From Verrucomicrobiota bacterium (GTDB taxonomy: Bacteria > Verrucomicrobiota > Verrucomicrobiia > Opitutales > Cerasicoccaceae): a stretch of 64,000 bases of DNA. Positions within the stretch are counted from its first letter, which is position 1; each line of letters opens with the position of its first letter. Below, piece after piece: positions 52,077 through 62,111 of this stretch. A model generated the notes under the pieces. That model did no database searches. It was not told the origin of the DNA and saw only the letters and a list, made by a program, of their open reading frames with translations. The stretch covers positions 1 through 64,000 of the forward strand of contig JBCBUK010000007.1 in NCBI GenBank assembly GCA_039818205.1, read 5' to 3'. Position numbers and translations under genes: made by a program.

Positions 52077-52613
52077 TTAAGTGTGCATACTGAGTTGGCG
52101 GTGGATGCAGTCAGATAACTGCGAACGGCTCCTGCGAAGCATCTGCGATAGGCCATTTGCAGATCGCCCGGATTTCTCGGCTAAAGCCTCAACCGATAGA
52201 TCACCTTCGTATCGTCGAATCAGCAGATCACGGCGCTCGCCGTCCATTTTTCCCAGGCAGGTATCAAGCGCATCCAGCAGTTCGTTCGAGCTGCTAAAAT
52301 GCGGTTCCTCTTTTGCCAGCAGGTCAATGAGGCTGTCATCAAACTGCAAACGGCTACGCTCCCGGCCATTATCTCTAAAGTGTGCTTTCACCTGAAAGTA
52401 GGCAATGCGGTAGGCCCACTTCAGAAACGTTGTTTCCGGGTCCCAATCCATCCGCTTCTTCCAGATGATTACATTCGTCTTCTGCAGGATATCATCCACA
52501 TCTTGCCGGTGACCAACGAGCTTCCAAATATAGGAACGCAGCGGCGTTTGGGCTTCCGAAATTTCGATTACGAAGGCCTCATCGAGGTCACCATTTGTCG
52601 GGTCAGGGCGCAC
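52077..52613 (-). CDS. ECF sigma-70 factor (Rhodopirellula/Verrucomicrobium type)
   Basis: LRSYI..LV....DVDDILQ.TN..IW.K...F.KWAYRIAYFQV; region 4 L..CL.KM...RR.L...RY....R.R..L..CI. Confidence 0.92.
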   Translation of the reverse strand: MRPDPTNGDLDEAFVIEISEAQTPLRSYIWKLVGHRQDVDDILQKTNVIIWKKRMDWDPETTFLKWAYRIAYFQVKAHFRDNGRERSRLQFDDSLIDLLAKEEPHFSSSNELLDALDTCLGKMDGERRDLLIRRYEGDLSVEALAEKSGRSANGLSQMLRRSRSQLSDCIHRQLSMHT

Positions 52614-52672
52614 GGCTAAATTATAATTTGATGATGTCGGCGCGGTGTTGAGCGCACAACGTCGCTAAATAT

Positions 52673-52699
52673 CTATACCACAGGTCCAGCAAATGTGAC
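52673..52699 (-). promoter_or_regulatory. Putative autoregulatory ECF promoter
   Basis: Minus strand GTCACA-N15-GTATAG, about 60 nt upstream of the ECF start. Confidence 0.55.
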
Positions 52700-52998
52700 G
52701 CATATTCTGACGACTTTTTTACGGCTCAAGAATTGGCGAGCCTTAGGCACCATTTGAGGGCTTAAACAAGTTTTTAACAACATCGGATGATCTAATCGGC
52801 ATTTTTTCGCCAAAACGCCGGCCATTCCCCAATCTCCAAACCAAATCGGATCGGACTCGCGGCTAGTAATAATGGGGGCTCGCAAGTTGGTAAACTTTAC
52901 AAACAACCTTGAGCCGAATAGGATTTCAGCGAGAGCGCAAATAGTGACCACTACGGGCTTTACTCGAGAATAGAGGGCGAAAATTGCTTATTTACCCT

Positions 52999-55900
52999 AT
53001 GACAAAACTCAGATCCCTATTCACACTGTTTGTTCTCTCCGCGAGCCTTTGTAGCGCCGCATTCGACCAGTCGAAAGACATTCTGATCGCGCAGTTCGAT
53101 AGTAACGCCGACCCAGATGACATTCATTCGATTGCAGCCCTCGGCTGTATGTTGGCGCACCAGGACTATGCCGGGGTCAACTATTTCGCTGTCGCTGGCG
53201 CCTACGGGATTCAGCGAGATAGCGGCTATATTGAATCCCCGCTATTCTTTCGCCTCGTTTTCGGAGAACAGAATGTCAACTGGACGGATGCTTTTGACAA
53301 CGGCAACCAAACCACCAACTGGGACGCATCGGTCATCCGCATCAAAGACAAGGTGAAGCCAATACTACAAGCCGGAGGCAAAGTCTGGGTTATGGAGGCT
53401 GGCCAGTCCGACATTACCGCCGATTGGGTGCGGGCATTGATTGCTGAAGGCGTTTCGGAGTCATTGATTAAAACAAACGTCACCGTTGTCCAACATAGCA
53501 ACTGGAACGAAGACCACACGACACCAGCCGACCTGGCCTATGTTCGCGACAAGACCAACTATGCGACCATCAATGATGGCAACGGAACCAACACGAGCCG
53601 CGACCCAAGCTCACCGGCAACACCCAGCTACCGCACAACCAACACAACGTTTCAACCCGAGGCTTATAACTCGCCAAATAACAAAGCCCGCGCCTTCTGG
53701 CTCGAGGCAAACTGGGTAATCCTGGACAAGGGACACCTCCCGAGCCATTCATCGATCACCACGGGCGGTGTCGACTTCTCCGACGTTGTTGAAGCGCACT
53801 GGATTTTCGGCTCTCCCACCGACATCAATACAACGCGAAAGTTCTGGGACAAACTCGTCGTCAACACTCCAAGCCCCAACCCAGAGCCCCAGTTCCCCAC
53901 CGGTCGCAACTACGGAGGCGATGTCACTGGCTCCAGCAGCGACCCGTGGATCGAAAGCGGCGGACTGGTTGTCATCGACCCTGAACATGGCGAGCTTCAT
54001 GAAGACTGGCGCACACGTCCAAGCACCTATCTGGATGATCCAACGATGGCTGGCAGTCTGGGCAGTGGCTGGATTGAATGGACCGGCCCACAAAAGTTTA
54101 ACACAACCCTCGACGATAGCGCCGCCAACGGGATCAGCACTCTCCGGTTCGAAATTAAGACCGCCGGAGAATACACCTTTCGCTGGCGCACCAAGCAGTA
54201 CAATGCCGGACAGGCAGGTGACCAAGGCAATGATACCTACGTAAAATTTGAAACTGGCACTCCGATTGAAGCCACCGGCTCAAAGGGAACCAAATACACG
54301 CTCACAAAGTTTACCAAAGTCTGGATTCAAAATAAACAGGCTTGGTCATGGGGTGTGAACTTTGAACCGCACCACGGTGAGTTCGTCAATACCGCTAAAG
54401 TCTTCTACAATGCGGGCGTTCATGAAATCAAACTCGCTGGCCGTTCACGCGGCCACGCGATTGACCGCATCGTCCTGCACCACTCTACGGTGCCGTTCAA
54501 TGCGGCAAATTTCCAGAATGCTCCGGAGTCGGAACGCAGTGGTTCAGGAATCATCTACGATGCCACGGAAGACTTCTCATCCATTAACACGGGCGAAGTC
54601 CCCTACTACGTCGACAACGGCAATGATGCATTGGCGATCAACGCCGGGAACACCAACTACCGCGATAAGTTCGCCCGCGCTCAACTTACCTTCGATGGCC
54701 AATCTGGCCGATACGATATTACCATTACTACGATGACCGAGGAAGATGGTGAGTCGACCTACCGCCTTCTCATCAACGGTAGTGTTATTTCCACCTATCA
54801 AAACCCGCGCGTCGGATCGAGCGCTGACCTCCAACCCAACAACCACACCTGGGGAAATATTCAAATCAACAACGGCGATACGCTTGCCATTGAATCCAAC
54901 TCTGCATCCAACGATATCATTCCCGAGGACGGTGGGTTTGCCTGGGCTCGCGGCCGTTGGCAGCAAATCGAGTTGGTTCCCAATACCACCGGTTCCGGGC
55001 TGTCCGTGAATGCGGGCGACGACGCGACCATTTTCTATCCGCCTGCATCAATCGTGTTGAATGGATCAGCCAGCGATGACACCGGTATCAGCACACTTCT
55101 GTGGACCCAGGAATCAGGGCCCAGCACCGCAAGCCTGACTGGCGAAGCAACGACAACTCTCAACGCATCCAACCTAGTCGAAGGCACCTACGTGTTTCGA
55201 TTGACGGCGACTGACACCGATTCAAATCAGGAATTCGACGAAGTCTCAGTCATCGTTCAGAGCGAACCACCAGCGATTAATCGCGTTTACATCTGGCAAG
55301 AAGACTTCGAAGGCGCGACGCTTGGCGCAATTTCGGGTAACAATGAAACGCTCGTCGGAACCGTTATTCAAACGGCCAATACCTTGGCCAGTGAGGTTGT
55401 TGCCGCACCCGCAGGATTTACATCAGCAAGCGGTAACGTTATACGCCTTTCAACGGGAGCGAATTCGTTTTCCGCCCTACGCTCACCATCCGAGATCGAT
55501 TTGAGCCAATACCATTTCCGAGATGGTGACCGCTACATTCTTGCCTTTGACCTCTATATTCCTGCTGACCTCTCAAGCCCAGTCGGCGCCGTAAACTTCC
55601 GCTGGAAGAATGGCGGCAACACCACCAACGGCCCAACCGAGGTCACCTACGAACAACAAAGCGCTGGCGTTTGGCGCATCGAATACAGCGGCACGTTTCC
55701 AGTCGATACAGGCAACGGTGACTTTCACCCGACCAATGTTCGTCCGTTCATTTGGTTCGATCAAGATGGCTCTGCCGTCAGCGACTTCGCTTACCTTGAC
55801 AACATTGCTTTCCGCATCGAACCGCCCCGCATCACCCGCACCAGTCTTTGGAGCGAGGACTTCGAATCGCTGACTCTCGGGGCTCAATCAGGCAACAACC

Positions 55901-56784
55901 AAACCCTACCGGGGAGTAGCATTCAAACCGCCAATACGCTCGAAAGCGAAGTGGTGAATGCGCCGGCGGAATTTACTTCTGCTTCTGGAAAAGTCATCCG
56001 CTTGACGACGGGGGCCAATAGCTTCTCGGCTATACGACCTTCAATCAGCGAAATCGACCTGAGTGGATACAATCTACAAGACGGCGACCAATTTACCCTG
56101 TCGTTCGATGTATATATTCCGGCCGATCTAGCAGCGCCCGTTGGCTCCGTAAACTTTCGATGGAAAAACGGAAGTAACACTGGCAATGGACCAACCGACA
56201 CCACAAACGGAGTCATCAGCGCAGGCGTTCACCGGGTGGTCTACACTGGTACATTTCCAGTCGACAGCGGCAGTGGTGATTTCATCCCGACAAACGTTCG
56301 TCCATTCATCTGGTTTGACCTAAATGGCGCGGCTGCCAGCAACTATGTCTACTTTGACAATCTCAATCTAGAAATCGCTCCGCCAAGCGGCGGACTAAAT
56401 GGCTTCGAAAAGTTCGAAAGCGACTACTCAATTGCATTTGGTCATGACGGAGACGACGATGGTGATGGCCTAGTTAACCTCCTAGAGTATGCCTTCGGTG
56501 GACATCCCAAGCAAAGTCGAGATGCCGCACATCGGCCAAGGCTCAGGATCGATCGTTCGAACGGCACGGACGTCATGGAATTTGAATTCCGCCGCCTCAA
56601 GGATGAGGAAAGCGGTATCATCTACCGCGTTCAAATCAGCAACGACTTGCGCACCTGGAACAACACAAACCTAACCACTACCGTCGAACCGGATTCGCCG
56701 GAATTCGAAATGGTCAAGCTCGAGATTCCATCTGATGTAATGCCAACCTTCGTTCGCTTGGAGGTTGAAATGGTCATCCCATAA
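52999..56784 (+). CDS. Secreted multidomain protein: nucleoside-hydrolase-like N-domain, CBM-like domains, PKD/K319L-like Ig, two tandem CBM-like repeats, DxDGDG/verrucomicrobial C-terminal domain
   Basis: Signal peptide MTKLRSLFTLFVLSASLCSA; DSNADPDDIH; VNAGDD...LNGSASDD..W.Q.SGP..G.YVFRLT; C-terminal DDDGDGLVNLLEYAFG..Y.VQ.S.DL..W..FVRLEV. Confidence 0.85.
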   Translation: MTKLRSLFTLFVLSASLCSAAFDQSKDILIAQFDSNADPDDIHSIAALGCMLAHQDYAGVNYFAVAGAYGIQRDSGYIESPLFFRLVFGEQNVNWTDAFDNGNQTTNWDASVIRIKDKVKPILQAGGKVWVMEAGQSDITADWVRALIAEGVSESLIKTNVTVVQHSNWNEDHTTPADLAYVRDKTNYATINDGNGTNTSRDPSSPATPSYRTTNTTFQPEAYNSPNNKARAFWLEANWVILDKGHLPSHSSITTGGVDFSDVVEAHWIFGSPTDINTTRKFWDKLVVNTPSPNPEPQFPTGRNYGGDVTGSSSDPWIESGGLVVIDPEHGELHEDWRTRPSTYLDDPTMAGSLGSGWIEWTGPQKFNTTLDDSAANGISTLRFEIKTAGEYTFRWRTKQYNAGQAGDQGNDTYVKFETGTPIEATGSKGTKYTLTKFTKVWIQNKQAWSWGVNFEPHHGEFVNTAKVFYNAGVHEIKLAGRSRGHAIDRIVLHHSTVPFNAANFQNAPESERSGSGIIYDATEDFSSINTGEVPYYVDNGNDALAINAGNTNYRDKFARAQLTFDGQSGRYDITITTMTEEDGESTYRLLINGSVISTYQNPRVGSSADLQPNNHTWGNIQINNGDTLAIESNSASNDIIPEDGGFAWARGRWQQIELVPNTTGSGLSVNAGDDATIFYPPASIVLNGSASDDTGISTLLWTQESGPSTASLTGEATTTLNASNLVEGTYVFRLTATDTDSNQEFDEVSVIVQSEPPAINRVYIWQEDFEGATLGAISGNNETLVGTVIQTANTLASEVVAAPAGFTSASGNVIRLSTGANSFSALRSPSEIDLSQYHFRDGDRYILAFDLYIPADLSSPVGAVNFRWKNGGNTTNGPTEVTYEQQSAGVWRIEYSGTFPVDTGNGDFHPTNVRPFIWFDQDGSAVSDFAYLDNIAFRIEPPRITRTSLWSEDFESLTLGAQSGNNQTLPGSSIQTANTLESEVVNAPAEFTSASGKVIRLTTGANSFSAIRPSISEIDLSGYNLQDGDQFTLSFDVYIPADLAAPVGSVNFRWKNGSNTGNGPTDTTNGVISAGVHRVVYTGTFPVDSGSGDFIPTNVRPFIWFDLNGAAASNYVYFDNLNLEIAPPSGGLNGFEKFESDYSIAFGHDGDDDGDGLVNLLEYAFGGHPKQSRDAAHRPRLRIDRSNGTDVMEFEFRRLKDEESGIIYRVQISNDLRTWNNTNLTTTVEPDSPEFEMVKLEIPSDVMPTFVRLEVEMVIP
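55294..56382 (+). repeat. Intragenic tandem duplication of a ~185-aa domain (period ~555 bp)
   Basis: WQEDFEG..IQTANTL..FTSASG..TGANSFSA..VNFRWKNG..PTNVRPFIWFD..LDN occurs twice, starting at 55294 and 55849. Confidence 0.9.
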
Positions 56785-56831
56785 ATTTCTCTCCCCTAAG
56801 AGAAACTACACCCAACATCCAAACCCAGATG

Positions 56832-56870
56832 AACCCTCGGCGCCAACTCGGCCCGAGGGTTTTTCTTTCT
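56832..56870 (+). terminator. Rho-independent terminator
   Basis: AACCCTCGG...CCGAGGGTT stem followed by TTTCTTTCT. Confidence 0.7.
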
Positions 56871-56905
56871 TCAATGATGATCGACTCAACGATATCCAAA
56901 GTAAC

Positions 56906-56937
56906 AAAAAAGCCCTCCACCACATGGTAGAGAGCTT
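56906..56937 (-). terminator. Rho-independent terminator of the PEP-CTERM gene
   Basis: Minus strand AAGCTCTCTACC-atgt-GGTGGAGGGCTT followed by TTTT. Confidence 0.65.
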
Positions 56938-56960
56938 CACTCACTAAAACTAGAAATTGA

Positions 56961-57665
56961 TTACTTTCGCTGACGGCGACGGATGACACAGAAGCCGAGA
57001 ACTGCAGCGCCAAAGACCATGGCGTAAGTCGAGGGCTCGGGAACCGCAACAAGCTGAAGGCCATTCACGACGCCAAAAGCACCATTCGAGCTCCAATCGA
57101 TTGTAAACTCTCCGGTGCCACCAATCTCAATGCCGGAAAATAGGACATAGTTCCCACCCTCGGTCCAAGTGCTCGCAGCCGGGGCACTACCGGCAGAGAT
57201 GTTCTCGGTAGTGTCTAACAGGAACGTTCCCCCTTGGCCCGCCTGATCACCTTGAGAAACAATATAGAGGTCCCAAATAGATCCTGAAGTCAGACCAGAA
57301 AACGTCATCGTTTGTGCGGCAGTGCTGGGAGTGAAAGCATAGTTAGCAACGACATCCAATCCGCCCGTAAAGCTAAATACGCCATTGTTCGTCAGCGCCA
57401 CCGAAACGGCCGAGGCATCCCCGTCGGCGCTAAACAGGTTATTGATCGCGTTGTTGCCAAAGGTTGTTACGTGGTTGTTCCAAGTAGTTCCCGTGTAAGA
57501 AGCCGGGGAAACTGGAGCCATTGAATTGAATGCTTGATCTGCTATCGATATCCCAGGGTTAGAGCCTTGGGTTGGGGTTACCAAATTCAAGTTGTAAGTC
57601 TGCGCTTGGGCCAGCGCACCAATCGATGCGCAGAAAGAAATTAAGCCTATGTAGGAGATTTTCAT
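56961..57665 (-). CDS. PEP-CTERM sorting domain protein
   Basis: Signal peptide; C-terminal VPEPSTY + TM helix + RRRQRK. Confidence 0.93.
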   Translation of the reverse strand: MKISYIGLISFCASIGALAQAQTYNLNLVTPTQGSNPGISIADQAFNSMAPVSPASYTGTTWNNHVTTFGNNAINNLFSADGDASAVSVALTNNGVFSFTGGLDVVANYAFTPSTAAQTMTFSGLTSGSIWDLYIVSQGDQAGQGGTFLLDTTENISAGSAPAASTWTEGGNYVLFSGIEIGGTGEFTIDWSSNGAFGVVNGLQLVAVPEPSTYAMVFGAAVLGFCVIRRRQRK

Positions 57666-58060
57666 GAGGTTGTAGAGTTTCTTTGGGTAATGCTCTGAAT
57701 CAAATCGATCTAACTGAAGGAATATGTCAATTGATCGGCAATGTAAAGAAGAATGTATATAACACAGAAATCAGACTTGATCCAAATAACCACCATTTAA
57801 GTGGTCCTGGATCGGTGAGTGCGTTTATGCTCCTAATGGTCAATATCACTTGTTCCAAAGCAGATCACCCGGCAATTTTGAAGTTTTTTGGCAAAAACCT
57901 TTCAACGACTACTATACACGTGCTAGACCCCTAAAACGCAACCAAACCGAAGAAAAACGCAGGAAATTTTGCCAATTTGAGACCAGAAAGCTCAGCCTCA
58001 ACTGCTGGAATATGTTAATTTTTCACCCCTGGATGAACTTAGCTAGCCCATCCTGCCGAT

Positions 58061-60340
58061 CTAGACTTCAAACACCCGAAGCCGAAATACGGCGGCGGGT
58101 GCGCCGTGGGTGGCGCGAACCACCAGTGTCACTCCCGTTGTTTCGCAAACATCATCTAACTCAAACTCGAGATGAGCTGAGTGGTTGTCTCGGACTTCGA
58201 CCAAAATGTTAGAATGATCGTCAACAATATCAAAGTCTTTGACCATGAAGGGCACAACCTCTTCTGGGTGGGTCATCAGTACGGATTCCATCGCGTGATC
58301 CCAATCAGGATCCAGCTCGACGATCATCCGTTTAATGCAGATCGCCTGATCCCAAGCTAAGGTTAGCTCAGGCTGGTCGTCGCCCGGGCTCGCAACCCAG
58401 GCATTTGGCATAGTCGTTGGCCGGGCCGGCCCTACAATTAGATTCTCTGGCTCAAAACTCCGTATTGGCGGTTCGACCCGCATAGCCAGGTTCTGACCGC
58501 CAGGCCGGCGCTGCGGTAGCCAGAATTCGAACTGGTCAATGCCAATGCCGTCCGGCGGGTTCTGTTCACTCGAAGTCGCAACTTTACGATTATACTCGCC
58601 TGATAGCGCAAGAACACCAGTCAATCGCAGCGTACTTAGCTGAACTTTCACCAACGGATTTTCCGCAATTTTGACAAAGCAATAGCCCTCCTTTTCAAGG
58701 TTCGTCTCAAACTGGATTGGTAGCTCCTGGATTCCGGATTCAAGCGGATATCGTTTTGATTCAATCAGCTCGTCTGGAGTAAAGTTTCCGGCCTTCTGCG
58801 ACCGCATCAGCTCGACAATGACCTCAGTCGCCTCCGAGGCGTCGATACTGAAAGTGATCATCGGCACCTTTCCAGCTCGGAAAGGTAGCAACATTGCAAC
58901 GGAAAAGTCCAAACACCTCCAGAGATCAGCAGCTGGCAAAGAATCGAGAACAAACTCCGAGCTCGCCGAGACCGTGGCCTTGGCCGCCAAGTCATGAGAA
59001 TTCTGCGGCTCAACACCGGGAAGAAACTGTCCCAGTCGATCTAACCGCTGTTGCAGCTTTCGCAGGCGGTTGTCCTCGAGGAGATCCCGAGGATTGCAAC
59101 CGCCCTTAAGACATTCAACTGCTGAGGCTCCAACGCCAACGCCACCGGCCGCACAAGTCAGCATAACCCGAGTCGACCCAAAGGCGACGTGGGTGGCACT
59201 GACAATTCGTCCGGCAAGGAACAAGTTGTCGATATTGCGGCTATAGAAGGAACGCAACGGCATCCCATATACGCCCTTTGCGTGCCACTGGGTGCAACCC
59301 GGCTGGTTCGAATAGATCCCGTCGGCCGGATGGAGATCAAGCGCCCACCCACCATGGGCAATGACGTCGTCGAATTGACGCTGTTCGATCAGGTCTTGCT
59401 GTTTGATGATGTAGTCGCCTTCAAAACGTCGACTCTCTCGTTTTCCTGGGACATGCCCAACCCACTCCAGAGTCAAATTCTCTGCGTCCGGGAATCCGCC
59501 AGAGTTTTTGATATAGTCCCAGACGCCATAGGCAACCCGCCACAGCTCCAATTTAATTTCCTCACTCTGGTGAATCGTATCCAGACGGCCGCCGTATTCG
59601 AACCACCAGAAATTACAGCCCTGCATATTGGTTTTGATCTCACGATAGCGCGGTATGGATTCGATGTCCTTTAGAGCCCAGCTCGGTGCCACGTATTTAA
59701 CCGGCTCGCCAATTTCCTTGGAGTAAAAATAAATCGAGTGGCCCAGCAGCTCACCGTAGGCCGCATCGGGAGCAAACAGCTCTCCAAATTCTTCTTTCGA
59801 CTCGGCACCCATGCGAAATGCCGCGCCAGCCAGGAATCCAATAATCCCATCACCCGAGGCATCACAAAAAAGGCGAGCCTTTAGATGATAGCGGGTTGAA
59901 TTCTGCGAACAAAATGCATGAACACCTGCAATCGAATCGGCACCATTTTTCTCCACTTCAACCGCAGCAGTATTCAACAATACGGTCAGGTTCTCTTCCT
60001 CAAAACACTTCTCCAAGAGGATGGTATCGAAGATAATCGGATTACCTTGTCGATTCCGATAAAGATTCTCCTCCAGGATTTCGTTGACCAGGCCGCCTTC
60101 CCGTGACCAGCGGTTGTTGTTGCCCATGTGCGAGGTTGCCCCCAACGCCCACAGACGAACCTCACTAGATGCGTTTCCACCCAAAACCGGGCGATCCTGA
60201 ACCAAAACAGTTTTTAGCCCTTCGCGCGCGGCAGTTACTGCGGCGCAAACGCCGGCGAGGCCACCACCGACCACGACAAAATCAGACTCCAGAACCTCCG
60301 TTCTCAGGGAACGCTCGATTGCTTCTGCCTCAACGATCAT
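58061..60340 (-). CDS. FAD-dependent oxidoreductase (FAD_oxidored family) with C-terminal beta-sandwich domains
   Basis: VVGGGLAG, QDRPVLGGNASSE, DASGDG, GKRESRRFEGDY, LDLHP, NLFLAGR..SATHVAFGSTRVM. Confidence 0.9.
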   Translation of the reverse strand: MIVEAEAIERSLRTEVLESDFVVVGGGLAGVCAAVTAAREGLKTVLVQDRPVLGGNASSEVRLWALGATSHMGNNNRWSREGGLVNEILEENLYRNRQGNPIIFDTILLEKCFEEENLTVLLNTAAVEVEKNGADSIAGVHAFCSQNSTRYHLKARLFCDASGDGIIGFLAGAAFRMGAESKEEFGELFAPDAAYGELLGHSIYFYSKEIGEPVKYVAPSWALKDIESIPRYREIKTNMQGCNFWWFEYGGRLDTIHQSEEIKLELWRVAYGVWDYIKNSGGFPDAENLTLEWVGHVPGKRESRRFEGDYIIKQQDLIEQRQFDDVIAHGGWALDLHPADGIYSNQPGCTQWHAKGVYGMPLRSFYSRNIDNLFLAGRIVSATHVAFGSTRVMLTCAAGGVGVGASAVECLKGGCNPRDLLEDNRLRKLQQRLDRLGQFLPGVEPQNSHDLAAKATVSASSEFVLDSLPAADLWRCLDFSVAMLLPFRAGKVPMITFSIDASEATEVIVELMRSQKAGNFTPDELIESKRYPLESGIQELPIQFETNLEKEGYCFVKIAENPLVKVQLSTLRLTGVLALSGEYNRKVATSSEQNPPDGIGIDQFEFWLPQRRPGGQNLAMRVEPPIRSFEPENLIVGPARPTTMPNAWVASPGDDQPELTLAWDQAICIKRMIVELDPDWDHAMESVLMTHPEEVVPFMVKDFDIVDDHSNILVEVRDNHSAHLEFELDDVCETTGVTLVVRATHGAPAAVFRLRVFEV

Positions 60341-60566
60341 AAAATTTAGCTCGATTAATGTGAATCGTTCGGCTCAACCAGAATAACTACGTAAGCCGAA
60401 GAAGACACCATAACACGAGACGATCGAGTGCTCTAGGCGCATATGCGCAATATGAGTATCCTTTTGCGCCACATAAATTCGAATACCAATCTCAAAAGAT
60501 AGAAACAAAAAATCCGCCGAGCAAACGAGGCGTCTCTATGGCGCCTTGGCGCGCTTGATTAGCCGT

Positions 60567-61280
60567 CTATCGTCGATTGCGCCGCCGTAGAAAACAGACG
60601 GTCAAAGCCGCAACACCGACGATCATCGCATAGGTTGTGGGCTCGGGAATGCGCACGAGCTGCGCGCCGTTAACAATGCGAACGTCCTTGCCTGATGGCG
60701 TGGTCCAATCGATCGACAATGAACCCGACGAATCAGCCTCTACGTTGGAAAAGAGGACGTAGTTATCGCCTTCTACCCACTCAGTTGCCTGCGGGTTCGA
60801 TCCAGTAGCCGACTTCTCGACACCATCGACGGTAAACGTTCCACCCTGCCCGGCAACATCGCCTTGCGATATCAGATAAAGGTTCCAGACCGATTCTGGC
60901 TCCAATCCATCAAAAACTATTTTACGGGGATCTAGTCCCTTCACAAAAGCATAATTTCTAAGAATCTGTTGGTTGGTTTCAAAGCTCCATGCAGCGTCTG
61001 GCGCAATCGATACGGATACCGCCGTCAGGTTACCTACCGAATCGCTTAGATCTTCCATCGTAACCTTCTTAAACAAGATATCCATATTGTTCCAAGCGGA
61101 ACCATCATTGGCGTAAGGAGAAATTGGACTCTCTTCGCTAAAGGCTCGGTCGTCAATCGTTGCCAAAGGATGATGACCCTGAACAGGAGCCACAAAATTT
61201 AGGTTGTAAACCTCCTCGGCCAACAGGCTCGAAACAACAACCGGAAGGATGAGAATCGGTAGGAACTTTCCTTGAATCAT
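60567..61280 (-). CDS. PEP-CTERM sorting domain protein, paralog of 56961-57665
   Basis: Signal peptide; IPEPTTY + TM + RRRNRR; shares YNLN..P.QG, WNN, NYAF, LY..SQGD.AGQGGTF, W.EG.NYVLFS with the paralog. Confidence 0.93.
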   Translation of the reverse strand: MIQGKFLPILILPVVVSSLLAEEVYNLNFVAPVQGHHPLATIDDRAFSEESPISPYANDGSAWNNMDILFKKVTMEDLSDSVGNLTAVSVSIAPDAAWSFETNQQILRNYAFVKGLDPRKIVFDGLEPESVWNLYLISQGDVAGQGGTFTVDGVEKSATGSNPQATEWVEGDNYVLFSNVEADSSGSLSIDWTTPSGKDVRIVNGAQLVRIPEPTTYAMIVGVAALTVCFLRRRNRR

Positions 61281-61559
61281 TACTTGGTATCTTGGGAGAT
61301 TAAATCCGAGGTTGGGGATCTCGAACGAAGCTGATTGGGCGGAAGTGGGTCAAAATATACAATCAAAAAATAAAGAAAAACATCCATTAATCCAATAGGA
61401 ACACCCCCGCATTCTACTTACTCGGATCGATTGCTTAGCAACTTAACAAAAGAATATCAGTAAATTCTGAAAAATGTCCTAAGAAAACGCGTTTAGCTGC
61501 GTAAGCCCTTTAGAAACAGCTTCACCGGTGGTGCTAACAACACTAATTTTAAATTCCTA

Positions 61560-62099
61560 ATGGGCAATGATCCAATTACCGAATCCGTTCGCGACCAGCT
61601 TAAAACCGCGGTCGAAACCCACTCGCTCCCTCTTTCGCGCTACGCCTACTCCCTTTGCGGCTGCATCCACCGGTCCCGCGATGCCGTCCAGGATACCTTC
61701 TTGCGGCTCGCCCGGCGGCCAGAACCCGTACAACCGGATGAGCGTCTGGCTCCCTGGCTATTCAAAGTCTGTCGTTCTCGGGTCATCGACCATTTCCGCA
61801 AGGAGGGCAAAATGAGCGAACTCTCCGAAATCGCCGAAATGACCTTACCGGCGGAAGACTCACTCCAACCGAACGACGCCACCGAAACGACGGATAGCTG
61901 CGCTGCGGTTTGGCAGTTCATTGCCAAGCTCCCAGTCAATCAACGCGAAGTCATCCGCCTCAAATTCCAAAACCAAATGAGCTACCAGGAAATAGCCGAC
62001 GTTACCGAGCTATCGGTTAGCAACGTGGGCTACCTCCTGCATACGGCAATGGCCACGCTGCGCCAGCAACTAAAAACCGAAACCGACCTGTTAGCTTAA
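61560..62099 (+). CDS. ECF sigma-70 factor
   Basis: L.RYAYSL......DAVQDTFLRL, WLFKVCR....D..RK, LP..QREVIRLKF...MSYQEIA.VT.LS.SNVGYLLH. Confidence 0.93.
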   Translation: MGNDPITESVRDQLKTAVETHSLPLSRYAYSLCGCIHRSRDAVQDTFLRLARRPEPVQPDERLAPWLFKVCRSRVIDHFRKEGKMSELSEIAEMTLPAEDSLQPNDATETTDSCAAVWQFIAKLPVNQREVIRLKFQNQMSYQEIADVTELSVSNVGYLLHTAMATLRQQLKTETDLLA

Positions 62100-62111
62100 A
62101 ATTTTATAGTC

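Noticed and set aside
57683..58212. Plus-strand ORFs of 83 and 120 aa
   Set aside because: No motifs; they lie in the probable promoter region of the PEP-CTERM gene or overlap the oxidoreductase 3' end.
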